Below are positions 27,680-42,371 of a stretch of 64,000 bases of DNA, one piece after another (the stretch's first letter is position 1; the number at the start of each line of letters is the position of its first letter). The notes beneath the pieces are model-generated. The model was not told where the DNA came from, did no database searches, and saw only the letters and a list, made by a program, of their open reading frames with translations. A program made the translations under genes and the position numbers. Source of the stretch: the human T2T-CHM13v2.0 reference genome, Homo sapiens; NCBI RefSeq assembly GCF_009914755.1, contig NC_060930.1; one strand, written 5' to 3'.

Positions 27680-28258
27680 CAGTAAGACCTCATTTAATGT
27701 CATCCATAGATTCTTGGAAACTGTGACTCTAAGCAAATCAACGTATAATGAAAACAATTTTCCCATAGGCTAACTGATGATGTAAACAAGAGTCAAGTTC
27801 CTGTGGCATATTTCTGGTCACAAAAGGATCACTGAACTTTTCAGTAAAGACCCATAACACTTCAAATATTAAACATTGAAATAAGTGTGAGCTATACGTA
27901 CATTTAGGAAAGATGAATAAAAACAAAGAGGTTCATTATTTACCTGCTCATTCCAGTTCAGGGTCTGGGGTGACAAGAGACCATCCTGGCGGCTCAGCTG
28001 CCACCCCATCGCAGGGCACACTCACACACACACCTAAGCTCACTCAACCTGGGACCACATAGACACGCCAGTTCACCGAATGGCACAGCTTTGGGATGTG
28101 GGAGGAAACCAGAGGACCCAGAGGAGACCCATGTGGATGTTGGGGGAGCATGGAAATTCCACACTGAGAGTGGCCGTAGCCGGGAAGAAATTGTTTTTCT
28201 TCATCCACGTGATAATGAAATGACATTGAACAAAATGATGTTATTTGAGGGCCTGCTG
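27680..28258 (-). mobile_element. MER82-like TcMar-Tigger element
   Basis: Terminal inverted repeats cagtaagacctca.../...tgagggcctgctg followed by TA; internal tttgggatgtgggaggaaacc. Confidence 0.75.
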
Positions 28259-28998
28259 TATCATGAAAAAGTAAAAAGTAAAATGTATTTAATATATTCC
28301 TGCTTCCTGGCTTTGGAGTAGTTTATTTAACAGCATTTTTATAATCACTAGGTTATTCCATGATTCCTTGCTAGCTTTCACGTTCTATCTTGCCCCTTGA
28401 AATTAGAGTGCAGGTCCTTAAATTGAAGCAATTCATTCTTACACCCCAAGACAAGCCTGGGGTGCACAGTATGAAGTACACAAATATCCATTTTTAAGAA
28501 TGAGTAAAACAGGTGCCCAGCCTGAAGCTGTACTTCTGCTTTTTTGGATATTTGGACACATTTCTTCTTCTGATTGCTATGCTCAACCATGTTTTCCCAG
28601 ACAAAAGCTGAGGGCTACTCCAAAGGAATCGTTTACACTTTTATGTTGAGACTAAGCCCTAGACCTTTCACCAGGTGGCTAAACAGAAGAGAGAAGGCAT
28701 CTACTGCTTGGCTCACTTAGAGCCCCGAGATCTAACTCAACAGAGGCTTTGCTAATTTTACTTAATTTTTTCAAATAAATGTGGTATTTCCCTATTGGCG
28801 ACTCACTTTCAATGGCCTGGGTTAAGGAAGCCAAACAGACCACCAGGTGCACAAACTTGTCTTGAACCTAAGAGCCAGCTGTATGTCCACGGGGCGTCTG
28901 TTTTTTGTGAGAGAGCTCAGCTCTCCACAAATGCCCCTTGGAAGATCCCTAAACACTTGAAGGTGAGCTTCCTTGACCACCACCTGCAAGAACACTCG

Positions 28999-29000
<2 letters not shown>

Positions 29001-29032
<32 letters not shown>
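29001..29032. repeat. (GT)16 microsatellite
   Basis: Read directly. Confidence 0.95.
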
Positions 29033-29034
<2 letters not shown>

Positions 29035-29150
29035 CATTATCCTTTCATGATGCATGTTTACCATGTACAAATGACCAGGTCGACAGAGTAAATAAGGCGT
29101 TAGTTGAATCTCTCTGACAATTGAGAAAAGGCAGTTTAAAGTTTAAATAT

Positions 29151-29318
29151 CAGTCCTTCTCAAACTTGGCTGCACGTGAGAATCCCCTGGGAAGATTTTT
29201 AAGAATAATCAATGCCCACACCTAATCTTTGACCAATAAAATGGAAATTTCTGAAGACGGGATTTCAGGATTAAAAAAAATTCTCCAGAGAATTCCAACA
29301 TGCAGCTTAACCAGTGAT
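29151..29318. mobile_element. MER5-family fragment
   Basis: ttctcaaacttggctgcac..agaatc..ctggg. Confidence 0.55.
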
Positions 29319-29557
29319 CTCAGCCACAGTTTTTGGGGTCAACTGATCTGTCAGTTTTATAATGGGATCCTTTTCCACTGTAACCACAGGCACCAGGCAA
29401 TCTTAGAAGCAGCAGGTACCTTGTCCGCCTGGGTGGGAAGCTGAGCCTCAGCGTCCCTCCATTGAGCAGCGTCGTCTCAGGAGCACTATTTCCCTAACTT
29501 ACCCCTTCTCACCCACAAAGTGAGAGAGCTGAGGTGACTTAGAATCTGCTGCAGTCT

Positions 29558-30001
29558 TGTGGTTAATGAAATGTGGCCATAATTCTTTGAGGCGGCTTCT
29601 ATCAAGACACGGAGTCTACTTCCCCACTTTATATGAGGCTGCCCTCATGACTTGTAGAATGCAGAAAAAAGGATACTGTGCTCCAATGGCCTCAAAGTTT
29701 CCACCTTTGCCCTCTTGAATGCAGCCCTGAGATAGCCATGTGAGGAAGCCATACAAGCTTCCTGGAGGATGAGAGACCACGTGGAGGAGAGACAAGGTGC
29801 CCAGCCCACAGCCAACACCAACTCTCAGACGTGTGTGTAAAGCCGTCTTGGGCGATCCTGAATGTCATCTAAGTGAGACCGTGTGAAACCAACAGTAGAA
29901 CTGCCCAGCCAACCCGTAGAATCCTGCTAAATCAGAAATTGATGCTGTTTTAGGAGACTGAGTTTTTGGTGGTTATTATTCAGCAATAGGTGCCTGAAAC
30001 A
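29558..30001 (+). mobile_element. Old MLT1 LTR (F/G/H-like)
   Basis: gagagaccacgtggag...aactgcccagccaacc...agcaatag. Confidence 0.6.
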
Positions 30002-30915
30002 AATAGTGACTCCATAAATTGTTACCATGACTTTTGCACATGCACCCCCAGGGTAACATTGCAATGCATTGCAAATGCAACTTTAAAAAGCACTGATTTA
30101 GCCTCGTTCTCGGTGGAAGCAATCCAGCTTTATTTTAAAGCATCTTAGTGAGCTACTGATACAGTATTTCTCACAGTGAGCCCATGATGCATTTTTTAGT
30201 GTGTTTAAGATAATAAAGTTTAAATAGACCAGAGAGATGTAAAATAAAAATCAATCAGTGGTGGATGTTAAAAAAATCTGTGCTTATGGATACAAATGAC
30301 ATACAAGGGAATTTTCAGGATGCAAAACTAAAGGGTGGAGTATCCAGAACTTTGGGTAGAACTTTCAGAAATTCCAAAGAAAGACTGACATTCTTTGGGT
30401 ACTTGAAAAGTTGAACTGAGATGCTTCTGGAAACTTAATTTCATTATTATTTGTACTCAGTCAATAAATACTTTTTGAGTCCCCACAAGGTGCATGGAGC
30501 TTTACTGGGTATTGAGTTGGAAAATGGACATGGCTCCCAAACTCAAGGTGTGTTTCACGTTCCTATCTCATCCTTTCAGTTTTCCAAGTTATTAGCTGCT
30601 GTCAACAGGCATTTCTCAATCCTAACAGTTGGGATTCACATTTAGTTCTTCTGGAAATGATCGTGGTTCTTCAGTGCAAAGAGGGAGCCAAGGTTCCCAG
30701 GAGGATGCTGTGGAGCGTGTGTTGGGCTGTGACCAGGAAGGGCCCTGTCACACCGTTCAGAACGGAGTCAGGAGGGGTGGCGCGTTTCATTTGACAGTGT
30801 AGACAAGGGGCTTCTACTGGGCAACAGCCATGTGATTCAGCGATCTAGAATTAATTCAGGGAGGAGGCTTTGCCTTGTGACTAGCCACTCCAACTTTTAT
30901 CAGTTCCTCATATTA

Positions 30916-30916
30916 T

Positions 30917-30949
<33 letters not shown>

Positions 30950-30960
30950 CGCACACACAC
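30916..30960. repeat. (AC)n microsatellite, imperfect
   Basis: Read directly. Confidence 0.9.
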
Positions 30961-31338
30961 GTCTGCTGGGGCTGCCACAACAAAATACCACAGACTGGAT
31001 GGCTTAAACAATAGGAATGTGTTCCTTCCAGTCCTGGGGTCTAGGAGTGACCAAGGTGTGGGCAGGGTTGCTTTCTCCGAGGCCTCTCTCCTCGGCTTGC
31101 AGATGGCCATCCTCACTGCACCCCGCCTTAGTCTTCCCTCCGTGTGCACATTCCTGGGGTCTCTCGTGACCACATTCCCTCTTATAGGGGCGCCAGTCGG
31201 ACTGGAGTAGGACACACTCTAACTGCCTCACCTTAACTTCACCACCTCTTTAAGAGCCTCCCTCCAAACACAGTCACATTTGGAGGTGCTGAGGGCTAGG
31301 GCTTCCACACAGGAATTTTGGGGAGACACAATTCAGCT
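30961..31338 (-). mobile_element. MLT1A/B-like LTR
   Basis: gggctgccacaacaaaataccacagactggatggcttaaacaa...gacacaattcagc. Confidence 0.75.
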
Positions 31339-33811
31339 TATAAATATACATATGTATATATGAATACACATATAGGTGTACATATATATACTTTTAAGTT
31401 GACCAGAAATATGCCTGCCTTTGTTTCTCTGTCAGGGGGTTGGTATCAGTTCTCTGCCTTGTGGACCACCCTACGATGTGACAGATACAGACAAAGGGAA
31501 GGGGCAGGAGGGTGGTTTGAAAGCAATAGACACTCAAGTCAGACTCAAGTCAGAATCGCTGAAGGCAGAGACCAGGAAAGCTCCAGGAAGTCTGGAGCTG
31601 GCAGTAGTGACAGAAACTCAAATCTTTGCTTCCAGGGACCACACAAAGCTGTGGGCCAGCCCCACAGCATCAGGAGGGCATCAGTTTGCACACTTCTGAG
31701 CAACTTAAGTAGGACAAAAACCTCACCTTCTCGAGTGTGATTGCTCAAGTTCCTATTCAGAAATAATTGTCAAAGAGGAAATTACATTTTTTTTGGCGGC
31801 TCTTTTCCTTCTTCTCATTTTTAAACTCTCTAGACTGTGATAGGCAGATAGGAGTTTTGCTTCCTTAAATAAAAGCCACTTAGTTCCTGTTTTCTGTCAT
31901 TGGAGGCATTTCAAATAAAAAGCCAGGTTATCAGATAGACATGAAAAACCTACTTCCTAACTGAAGGGGAATTCTGCAGATAACTACGGCATCTGAGAAT
32001 AGGGATTGAGGATGTCTGCATGAAGTCCAAAAACATGTATTCATTTACAAACTCAACAGATTGTTTTCTAGGATTTACTCACTACTCATGTCCGAGGAGC
32101 CTTTTTCCAAATAAGTCTGACAAAGACCTTTGCTCAGCTTTTATGGGAGAAGCTTTTGAAGCCAGCCAGAGGGGAGACTTCCCACAGCCTTCCCCAGGAA
32201 GGGCTGGAGCCATCACAGCAGGAGGTGAAGTGCTCCTGATGGCCATGGATGAGAGAAGACAGGGTTTTAAAAAGGAAATATGAAAAGCCTAACCCAGGAA
32301 CAAACAGGGAGACAATGTTAACATCGAAGTCCTGAAAGTGGAATTGTCAGCAAAAATGGCCAGATGAAAACATCAGATCCTGAAGACTCTGCATCCCATG
32401 GGCAGAAGTCAACATGAGGAGACTGGGGGATGCTGCCTAGGTTCCCAGAGAGTCCTGAGTGGGACAGCTTCCTGCAGGTTTTCAGCCCTATAGTTAGTCT
32501 GCCTTTCTGCACACTTTTGTTTGTTTGTTGTGTTTTGATCATGATGGGATTGAAAGCTTTAAAGAAGGCAGATTCCAAGAGCTTGCGCGAATTTCTGCAA
32601 TGGTCCCTGGATGCCAAGATTTATACATTTTACTCAGAGCTCATTAAATTAGTAAAATATGTAAACATTTCCTGTACTGCTTTTTCTCAACAGGGAAACC
32701 ACTTTTTCCCCTGAAAGAGAGCCGTGTCTGAGACACACAATCACACAGGAGCCTGAGTTTCTTCTGTGGTGATGAAGGGACCTGCTTGGCGTGAGTGTGA
32801 CTGTCTAAGAGCAGAGGGTCCTCAGATGTCTTTCTGGGAGCCCTGCCTGGTGTCCCTCAGCTGGTCTGCAGTGTTCTGCGGCGAAACACAAGCATGGCAG
32901 TCTCTTCCCAATCCACAGACCAATTTAACTTGGTAGAGAAAACTTGCTTAGTTTTACATTTTCTCCCCATATTTACAACAAATTTGCAACTCACATTTGT
33001 CTATGTTGGAATCTACTCCATGGTACTATTTGCTCTGGCATAAAGTTGCCAAGTTATTTTACAGCGAACGTGTTAAACTTTCATAGTGATCAAAAAAACT
33101 TTCCTGTGACTTTCAGACACTCTGGTCCTTGAACAAGGGTGTCCCCTGCAGTGGTCTGCTTGACTGTCCTTCCATGAGGGCAGGGGCTGTGTCCTGTTAA
33201 TGTTGACATCTTCTCCGTAGGACTCGCATATAGTTGGCATTCAGTAAAGGCTCATGGACTAGATGAATTCTGGTAGGGTCCATCTTTGAGCATGAAGCAT
33301 GTGTGGCTCTGGCTCTGCAGCTGGCGGTGACGAAATGTCATTAAAGGGCAGGGGATCCATGAGCCCCAAGAGTCAGAAGGGAGGAGGAGGCAGAGTTACC
33401 TTCTGGTTTCTGGGACTTTATGTACCAGGCTCTACCCAGATGCGGAGGGAGGACGTATTTCCTCTGTGGTAGTGAGTATGGTTTTGCCTGTGGTCCATTT
33501 TGGAAGTCATACTTCCATTTTGGAACTCTATCCTAGCTGCCCTTGGTAGAGGAATTTCTTAAAAACTTTTACAAAAGCCCAGGAAAAGACCCCGAATGAT
33601 GGGAAAAGGTGGCCACAGAACCAGGACAATGGCTGGTTCCCCAGAGTTTCTCTCTTTTTCTTTGATGGCCACAAGAATACAGAGAAACCCTTTGTCCAAA
33701 GCCAGGAAGGAGGTTCCTCACTCTGAGTGGTGGTGAAAAGTGAATCTCTCCTTAAGGAACAGAAAGTGATGGACCTGGTGATAGTTGACTAGTTGGATGC
33801 GGGTTATATAA

Positions 33812-34182
<371 letters not shown>

Positions 34183-34284
34183 AACTATTTTTCTCTTAAT
34201 GGAAAGAAAATTATTCCCAGTAAGAATTGATTTTCCTTTCTGCACCCTCGAAGACCTCTGCATCCTTTTTAGAGCTTGGATATT

Positions 34285-34470
34285 GGGGTGGTTGTGTCCA
34301 AGGATACTACTCAGTGAATCTGGAACATGAGAATCACCTGGGGGAGCTCCCAGTGATCCTAAGGCCTGTGTTGGACCCCGTCCAATTGCTTCAGAATCTT
34401 TGATTCAGGCATCAGTATTTTAAAAGTTTGTCAAAGGGTTCCAAAGTGAAGACAATACTGGGAACCACTG
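34285..34470. mobile_element. MER5-family element
   Basis: gagaatcacctggggg...tcagaatct...caggcatcagtatttt...gggaaccactg. Confidence 0.6.
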
Positions 34471-36154
34471 CCTGGAGTCCACTATAGTCCTCAAATGCAA
34501 AGGTTTCGATTTTTAAAAAATGTTCAAAGGTTTCTTTTACTTGGAAAAAGTGTACTTTAAAAAATAATCTCATAACTCAAAAGTTACCAAAGGGATTTTT
34601 CCCCTTAAACTTTCCATTAATAAAAAACAAAGCAAACTTATACTGAAAACAATTATGAGAAAATTCAGCCCAAAGTAGAAATTTCCAGAAAGTTATGGGC
34701 AAGTGAAAAAAAAAGGCAAAAACTATCACTGAAAGAAAAAATGCTTTTTACAGGAATTTCATTTTAAATTCATTTGCAATGAATGTCTAATTTCAAAGGT
34801 GGATAAACAGCATTTGCCAAAAGTCCCACCTCTGGTGGTGCTAAGAAGCTCTGTGTCGAGTGATGGAAATGCCCACAACAGAGTTAACTCAGTCTGACTC
34901 AATGTGGGTTTTAAAAAAAGAAATTAACAAATTTTAACAGTAAGAGCACAAGTGGGCGACAAAATGACTAGCAACAAAATGACTGGTTGAAAAGGATTAT
35001 CTTGCCAGCCAGGATGGATGGTTCATTTTGCAAACACAACTTTTCTAAATACCATGTCAGCCTTATCTTTTGGTGGCAAAAGAAATGCGTGTTTCCAATT
35101 AGTTAGATAATAATACTACACTCTGCAAGGCTCTAGACTACTCTGCAAAGAGCAGAAAAAGTGGATGTAATACATCAGTTATTGACATGGCACAACTGCA
35201 CCAAGTAATTGTTAACTCTTTGCATTGTATTAATCTGGCACAAGACATTGAGTTCACTGATTTTTGTGACATCAGCTTCCCATTAGCTGCAGGACAAGTA
35301 GAAATTCCTCGGGCTGATGTTTAAGCCCTTCCATGATGAGGTCACACTGTGCTTTTCCATCCCTGTACCCCTCTGGTGCCTTTTTTTGGGCCAGTCTTCC
35401 TAAAATTTTTCTAGTGAAGAGACACAATGACAAATGAGAGTCTAAGAGAGTCTCCCAAGCCCTCTGTTTTCCCCTCTCTACCATTATTGGGGTCTTCCCC
35501 TAGGTCAGACTCTCTGTTACACATTTTACAAATTGATCTTCTTTGTGCCTAACCGTAAACCTGAGAAGTGGGAATTATTATTCTCTTTTTACTTACGATC
35601 CCGTGTCACTGCTGAAGTCTCCTTCTTACTATACCAGGGTTTGTCTTCATAATAAAGAGAGTACTTTTTCACTCTCAAATCACCAAAGTTGAGGTGCAGG
35701 GAGATGCTTAGTCCTGGGTCATGCTAATCTCTTGGATGCTTTTGACTGAGCACACATGTTTGCAAGTGAACTGGAGTGAAATAACTCAGGAGTAGGCCAA
35801 GCTGGAATTGCTCTGCAGGAATGGAGAGGTTGGGCATTCCTTGTTCAACTTTTCTGTTGCGTTGCTTAACTCAGTGTCGGTCATGGCCATGACAGTGGGG
35901 ATGATGGGAGTAGCTTATGGAGCAGAAAGGAAGGGACGGGCAGATACCAAATCCCGTTCAGCCCTCCTCTGCTATGCCTGCTGCCTTCTGTGGGTGAAGG
36001 GTGCTTTGCATCTCTGGGCCTTCATCCCTTTTGTCCCTCTACTGAAATGTCCTTTCCACTCTTCTCCAAAGGCCCAATCCTGCCTCTCCCCACAAAGCCC
36101 AGCTCAGAATGCCCCCTGCCCCTCACTCCCAAATCCTCCCGTTTCTCTCAATGA

Positions 36155-36578
36155 GGTTAATTGTCTACAGTGGCTGTCCCTCAGAAAGATATGTCTAAGT
36201 CCTAACCTACACTACCTGTGCAGGTGATCTCATCTGGAAATAGAATCTTTGCTGACATAATTAAGGTTAGAATTTTGAGATGAGATCATCCTGGATCAGG
36301 GTGGGCCCCGAATCCAATGATGGGTGTCTTTAAAATAAAAAAAGGAGAAGATTCACAGAGGAGAAGCCGTGTGAGGACAGAGGTAGAGACTGAAATGATA
36401 TGTCTACAAGCCAAGGAGCACAGGGGATGCCAGGACCACTGGAAGCCAGGAGAAGGCCCGGACACGTTCTCCCTTAGAGCCTTCCAGGGGCACCCACCCA
36501 GCGGAACCATTGACTTTGGACTTCTAGCCTCAGAGCTGTTTGTGGTAATATGTTACAGCGCCCCTGGAAATGAATACA
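36155..36578 (+). mobile_element. MLT1C-like LTR
   Basis: gagatgagatcatcctggat...ctacaagccaaggag...ggaaatgaataca. Confidence 0.75.
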
Positions 36579-37174
36579 CTGCCTTTTCCTGAACCCTCCT
36601 ATTATTCTATCTTATTTTCTCTTGAGACCCATCAGTTCTGACACTATGTTTTATTTTTTCACACACACGTTTGCCTTCTACCAGATCACAACCCCCAGAG
36701 GGCAGGATCCAGCTTGACTGCCCTCATGCCACCTCTCTCGAGGATTCCTGAAGGGTTGGTACTCTGGTAATGTCTGCATGGTACTGCACGAGGAAGCTGG
36801 AGCACCAATGAGTTAATGCCCCTGAAGGGACTTGACCGACTCAGAGGGAGCTGGAGCACTTCCTTGGCCTCCATGGCAGCCCCTCCCCTCCATGGCTGGG
36901 TCAGCCTGATTCTGGCTCAGCCCTGAGACTTCTTTGTTGCTTCAAGTCTTAGGACGTCCTCACCCAACCTCCCTGGTAGACTTCAGACAGCACTGGGTGA
37001 GGGGCTTATCCTCTTTGCACCCCCGTTGTCCTCATCAGCACTTAGAGCCCTTGAGGACTTGGTCTCCAGCCAGATTTCAGGCTCAGTTTGTTTTATCTAT
37101 CTGCTTGGCCGGTCCCCTAGCCCCCTGTCCCTACGGCGAACTCTCTGACTGCAGTGCAGTGATACCAGCCCCTT

Positions 37175-37590
37175 GGCAGTGGGTTGATTTGCGTGCCCAC
37201 CTGCCCCCAACCTTATTTATGTGTTGGAGTCCCCAGTACCTCAGATTGTGGCCTTACTTGGAGATAGGATCGCTACAGAAGGAATTTGGTTAAAGTGAGG
37301 TCTTTAGGGTGGGCAATCCAGGATGACTGATATACTCACAAAAACTAGAAATTTGAGCACAAATATGTATAGAGGGAAGAGGATGTGAAGACGCAGGGAG
37401 AAATCAGCCATCTACCAGCTGAGGAGAGAGTCCTGGAACAAACTCTTCTCTCACAGCCTCAGAAGGAACCAACCCTGCTGACACCTTGATCTTGGACTTC
37501 CAGCCTCCAGAACCAGGAGATGTACATTTCTGCCATTTAACCCACCCAGTCTGTGGTCCCTTGTAATGGCAGCCCTCGCAGGCGACCACT
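37175..37590 (+). mobile_element. MLT1B-like LTR
   Basis: cccagtacctcaga...gaaggaaccaaccctgctgacaccttgatcttggacttccagcctccagaac. Confidence 0.75.
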
Positions 37591-40068
37591 CTAGTAGTTC
37601 TCAAACCATCCAAACCCTTCCCTGGGGGCAGGCGCCATGCTCAGAGGTTTACCTGAATTATCTCATTTAATTCTCTTAAAAACACAGTATCTGAAGTTCC
37701 TTTTTATGAAAAGAAGCGTTGTCTATGCTGGTTGGCCTGTGCTGACATTGTAAACGAACCCATCTGAATGAATCAAAAACAGCAGTCACAGGATTGCATG
37801 ATATCCCAGAGACTACAACGGGAGGGACAGTTCAAAGGGCATAGCCATGCTCAGGCCAGCGTGAGTGGAGATGCCAGGGCTTCTTGTGGTCATCTGATAT
37901 TAGAGGGGGTGGAACTTCCCACATTAGTAAGAGAAAGAATTTTTTCTAACTTGGAGGAAGCCATTCTGCAAGGAGAAAATCCATTTGTGACGCCCAGTTT
38001 GAAAGACTCTTACCTCACATGTGACTAGGACATCTGTGTCAGAAAGGAAGTGGGTGACTTATTGTATATCAAGTGCTCAGAAGAGTGACAGGCGCATAGC
38101 GAGTTCTGGGTAACTGTGGACCATTATTATTATTAGTATTCTAAAGTTTCTCTGTCAAGAAAGAGTGTCACAAACATTAATGATGGTTCCTACCTTGTAC
38201 ACTATGAGCTGATCCTATGAAGTTTATAGGACCACAGTTATCTACTGCAAGGATAAAACAGAAGCCATTTTTCTAGAATATTTCAGAAAGTAAAAGAAGA
38301 TGACACAACCCCAACCATTTCCTGCCAAAGCCCTACATCTGTGGCTACGAACTTTGCGGAGCTGGTTTTTTATTGTGATGCTCAGTGAACCTCTCAGTTC
38401 TTACGTGTGGCTGCAAGCTTCTCTGCTATCATTTGGGCCTCTGTAAGGCTGCAGAGTGAGCCTTCTTCATGGCCCCTCCTTTTGCAGGTGTTTATATCTG
38501 CTCTCCAGTAGAAAGCCCTTCTCCACACTTTGCCATTAAGCAGTTTGCCAGAACAATTTGAAGCAAATAGGGAGGTTGTGGGAGAGTTCCCAAGTCACCC
38601 CTCAGAGATGGACTGAGATCAGAAACTTAGTAATTCTAACCTTATCAATCATCTTGGCTGTGAAGACCATCTTCACTGGCCTGGATCTTCCTTCCCCCAA
38701 CCAAAACAAAAAACCAGTTAGCAGCCAGCACTTGCATCACACACCTGCTAAGTGCGAGAAATTCTGTGTTAGTTATTTCTATTTAAGCTACCTCATTCTT
38801 AGTTCTCTAAACTATGTGTGACAGCAGCTCATTTATTCTTCCTCAAAATTCTGTAGTGCAGATAAAGCTACTTCCTTAATGGATGAGGATACTGAATGAA
38901 ATTTGCCTGGGTAAAATACTCAGGAAAAGACAGATTTAGGATTCCAATGTTGGTCTTCTTGGCTTCGGGTTCTAGGCTATTTCCAAATCCCCTGAAGCTT
39001 CTCAGTTTGGGAATGCCTGAGTCAGGGAGACCATTTAGGCTGGAAAGGACACGGTTGATGAAATACACTGAGAAGGTTCCACATATGAGGTCTCTCCAGA
39101 GATGTCTGGAATTCCTCAGTCAGAATCTCTGTTTTCGGCTAAGGTGCATTTACAAAGGGGCAGCAGAGGCTCTCAGTACTGACCTGGGGGGCACACAGCC
39201 CCCTGTTCCAGTGGGTCTCTAGATCAGATGGCACCACCAGCCAACGGAGGGCACAGGTGAGTATGGATGTCAGGAGAGGATGAAGAGGCTTCAAGAAGAG
39301 GCCGGAAGAGCTGGAAGAGTCAATGCAACAGGTATTGTGGGTGTTACTGGGAGCCAGGCTCTGGGCTGATTGCAGGCTGTGGGCTGGAGGGACGTGGTCT
39401 ATGAGGGAGGAAGGTGGAGCACGTCTACAGCAGTGTGTGGGTCACGAGTGTCAATGGGAAAGAACATAGAAGGCAAATTCAAGCTATGTTTCTATGACCT
39501 TCGTGTCCCATATTGAAGGAACACATGCTGAACTTTTGGAAGTTTTGTTCCTTTGAAGCAGGTGACCCAGGCAACCCTTCCCAAAGCAAAGAAGAGGTCA
39601 TTCTCATAATGCTGTGTACATCTCATCATCCCGGCAGCCCTTTGCCCACAGAAGAACCCTACGAACTGTGAAGGGGAAGCAGGGTGTGTAATAGAGAAAT
39701 AACACCCCATTTCAATTCTGTTCTTGGTGGAAGCCTAGAGTTGCTCTGAACCTTCTCATGAAAGATGGAGACAGAGCAGCTCTCTTTCGTGTGTCCAATT
39801 TCCTACATGATAAACTGACTTATTGGGTTATGTGGTCACAAATGTGCTATAAGGAAAAGAAATGCCATTGTTTGTGTAATACAATCTTTAGAGGGAAACA
39901 AAACTAACAGTTAGCTTGAGTCCGGGAATTGGTAGTGAATTACTAAAATTCAACTGTTTCTCTTCCCTTCATATCTCTGCACACAACACAATTCTTTCTT
40001 TAAAAACTAATCTGTATGAAATACGAGAAAAAGCAAAAATAGGCTATGAGGCCGTCTGGTAACAATAA

Positions 40069-40240
40069 TGGAAGTAAATGGAGATCTAAATCCTTCCTGC
40101 AAAACTTCTTTTTGTGAGAGCTGGAATCTGTCAAGGACCCAGACTTTGCTAGGATGACTGTCTTCAGAGCCTTCTCCCTGGCACATTCCTATTTTCAAGG
40201 GTGCCGTGCTTTGGCATAATGTATTCATTGCAAGTGACAC
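40069..40240 (+). repeat. 172-bp dispersed direct repeat, copy 1
   Basis: Aligns without gaps to 42200-42371 (~19 mismatches by hand). Confidence 0.95.
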
Positions 40241-42199
40241 GTCTTGGTCGAGTGTCTAGAAGACACTGTCACGTGCTCTTTGTTGTAACAGTCATGAGTT
40301 AGTGAAAGGACCAGAGGCTTCCTGAAGATCTTAGCTTTGTAAACCTGTAATTGAAACTGCTGGCACTCACGGAAACTCGGCGACACAAGGGTCAGAAGCC
40401 AGCATGAAGACCAGAGAATTTCCTAAACTGATAGTGAGATCCTGGTCTTTGTCCCCATCCTGCCTTTCCTCTCTGTCACAGGTGACAGCCTGCACGCCAG
40501 ATAGATGCAGCTTCTGTTCGACTCTGTAGCTCTTGGAAGACCTGGAAAAAAGAAAATGAGAATTTCGCTGATTCTTGGATTGACTGTGAACTGCAATGGA
40601 AATGCTCCAAGGGAAGCCAGGCACCAGTGAGACCTGGGCAACCCCCAATTAGACGCTTGGTCCGTGTGTGTCCCTTTCTATCCAGATCGGTCCTTGATTA
40701 GCCTTCTCTTCACTTTCCAGACAGCATCTGCAAAGGAAGACACACCACAAACATACCTGGATCTGAAAGTGTGAGGCGCTTGTGAAGGAACCATTAGGTG
40801 GCCTTGGTGTGACAAAGCGTTCCCTGGCACACATGACCTGAGCTTTCTACCAGGTCCTGTCTCCAAGGGGAGAAGGAACCTGTGTTGAGATATGGGCCAG
40901 CTAGGTGACACGGCTTCCTTCACAGAGCTGATGTCTCAGCATGGCTCCCACTCAGCCCCTGTCACCGGCAAGAGCCAAGTCGTGGCCAAGTGTTTTGATA
41001 ATAAAACAGTAACAATAAATGATAGCCACTATTTTCTCCATGACTTTGTTTTGAAAGCATCAAAAGCCAGCAAAAAGACATTCCCGCTCCCCCCACCTTC
41101 TCAGCTTTGTTGTAGGTATAAATAAAAAGTGTAATTTAACAGATCAAAAGAAAAGCAGAAGGCCAGGCAGATCATAGGCACTTAATAATGAAAAGAAAAA
41201 TTTACAAAAAGCTCAGAATGTATCAGGAGTTTGAAGGTTGAATAAAAACTCATGGGTATGCAGGGGGGTTGAGACTTTCCTTTTTAACAAGGACAAACTT
41301 GTAAGTTTCCCTTCCAGTCTCAGCAGCCACGACAAGGTACCATAACAAAATTATTTTAAGTCAGGGAAAGACAAATTCTGAACATGCAGGAAGAAGAGAA
41401 GCCCTAGAAAGAGTATATTTCTTGACTTCTGGACTCTCCTCCAGCTCTTTTTCCTAGGAACCTCCTAGCTTCAATTCAACATGAGAATTGTGGACAGAAA
41501 ACAACTGTGGCTTTGGCAGGGATTAAGAAGTTGAGTGGGGGTGGCCCTCACTGTCCCTTGATTTAGGAGGGGAAGGCAGCTTTATTTTCAAGAGCAGATC
41601 TGAGCTGAATAAGAGAAATGGAACAAACAGAGAGGGCAAAACAAGAGACGCATAAATATCATTTAGCCTCAGCATGTTTTCAAAACATCTCAACCCTCCC
41701 AGAAGCACATGGTGATCCTAACACATGACAGTGAACTTGGACAATACCAGGGCCTCAAGAGGCCTTCTGGTGGTTGGTGGTGGGGGTGGGGGATGCAGGA
41801 GGAGCTGTGGAGGGCGGAGGAAGGGTTGAGGTAGGGCATCGTAGCAGTTCTCTCCTTCTCCAAAGACCAGCAGAAGGGATTCTGTTGGCTGTCTTGAAAA
41901 AGCCCAGTTACTCTGTGGGGTAGGCTGAACTGTCAGTCCTAAATATATATGTTTCTAACAACAATTTTCTGCTTGAAATAATAAATAAGAAATGAGGTTG
42001 CATTTTGTTTTCCTCTCTCTTATCATCTCCAGGGCACTTCAGATTCTTTAGACTGCCAAGATTAAGGGCAAATGGCCAGTGGTGACCCCTACTTAGGCGC
42101 CAATGAAGATGACACGCATTTTTCTAATGGATCATACTACTGTGTAACTTCATTCTCTTTAAACATGTCACCCACACTGTGCAATCACAGACTGTTCTT

Positions 42200-42371
42200 T
42201 GGAAGCAAACAGAAATCTAAATCCTTCCTGCAAAACTTCTTTTTGTGAGAGCTGGAATCCATCAAGGACCCAGACTTTGCTAGGATGACTGTCTTCAGAG
42301 CCTTCTCCTTGGCACATTTCTGTTTCCCACGGTGCTGTGTTTTGGCACAATGTACATTTTGCAAGTGACAC
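42200..42371 (+). repeat. 172-bp dispersed direct repeat, copy 2
   Basis: Aligns without gaps to 40069-40240. Confidence 0.95.

Noticed and set aside
30059-30074. 16-bp perfect palindrome ttgcaatgcattgcaa
   Set aside because: About one such palindrome is expected by chance in 64 kb.
41768-41836. G-rich stretch as a G-quadruplex
   Set aside because: It has only two closely spaced long G runs; it does not fit the four-G3 short-loop pattern.
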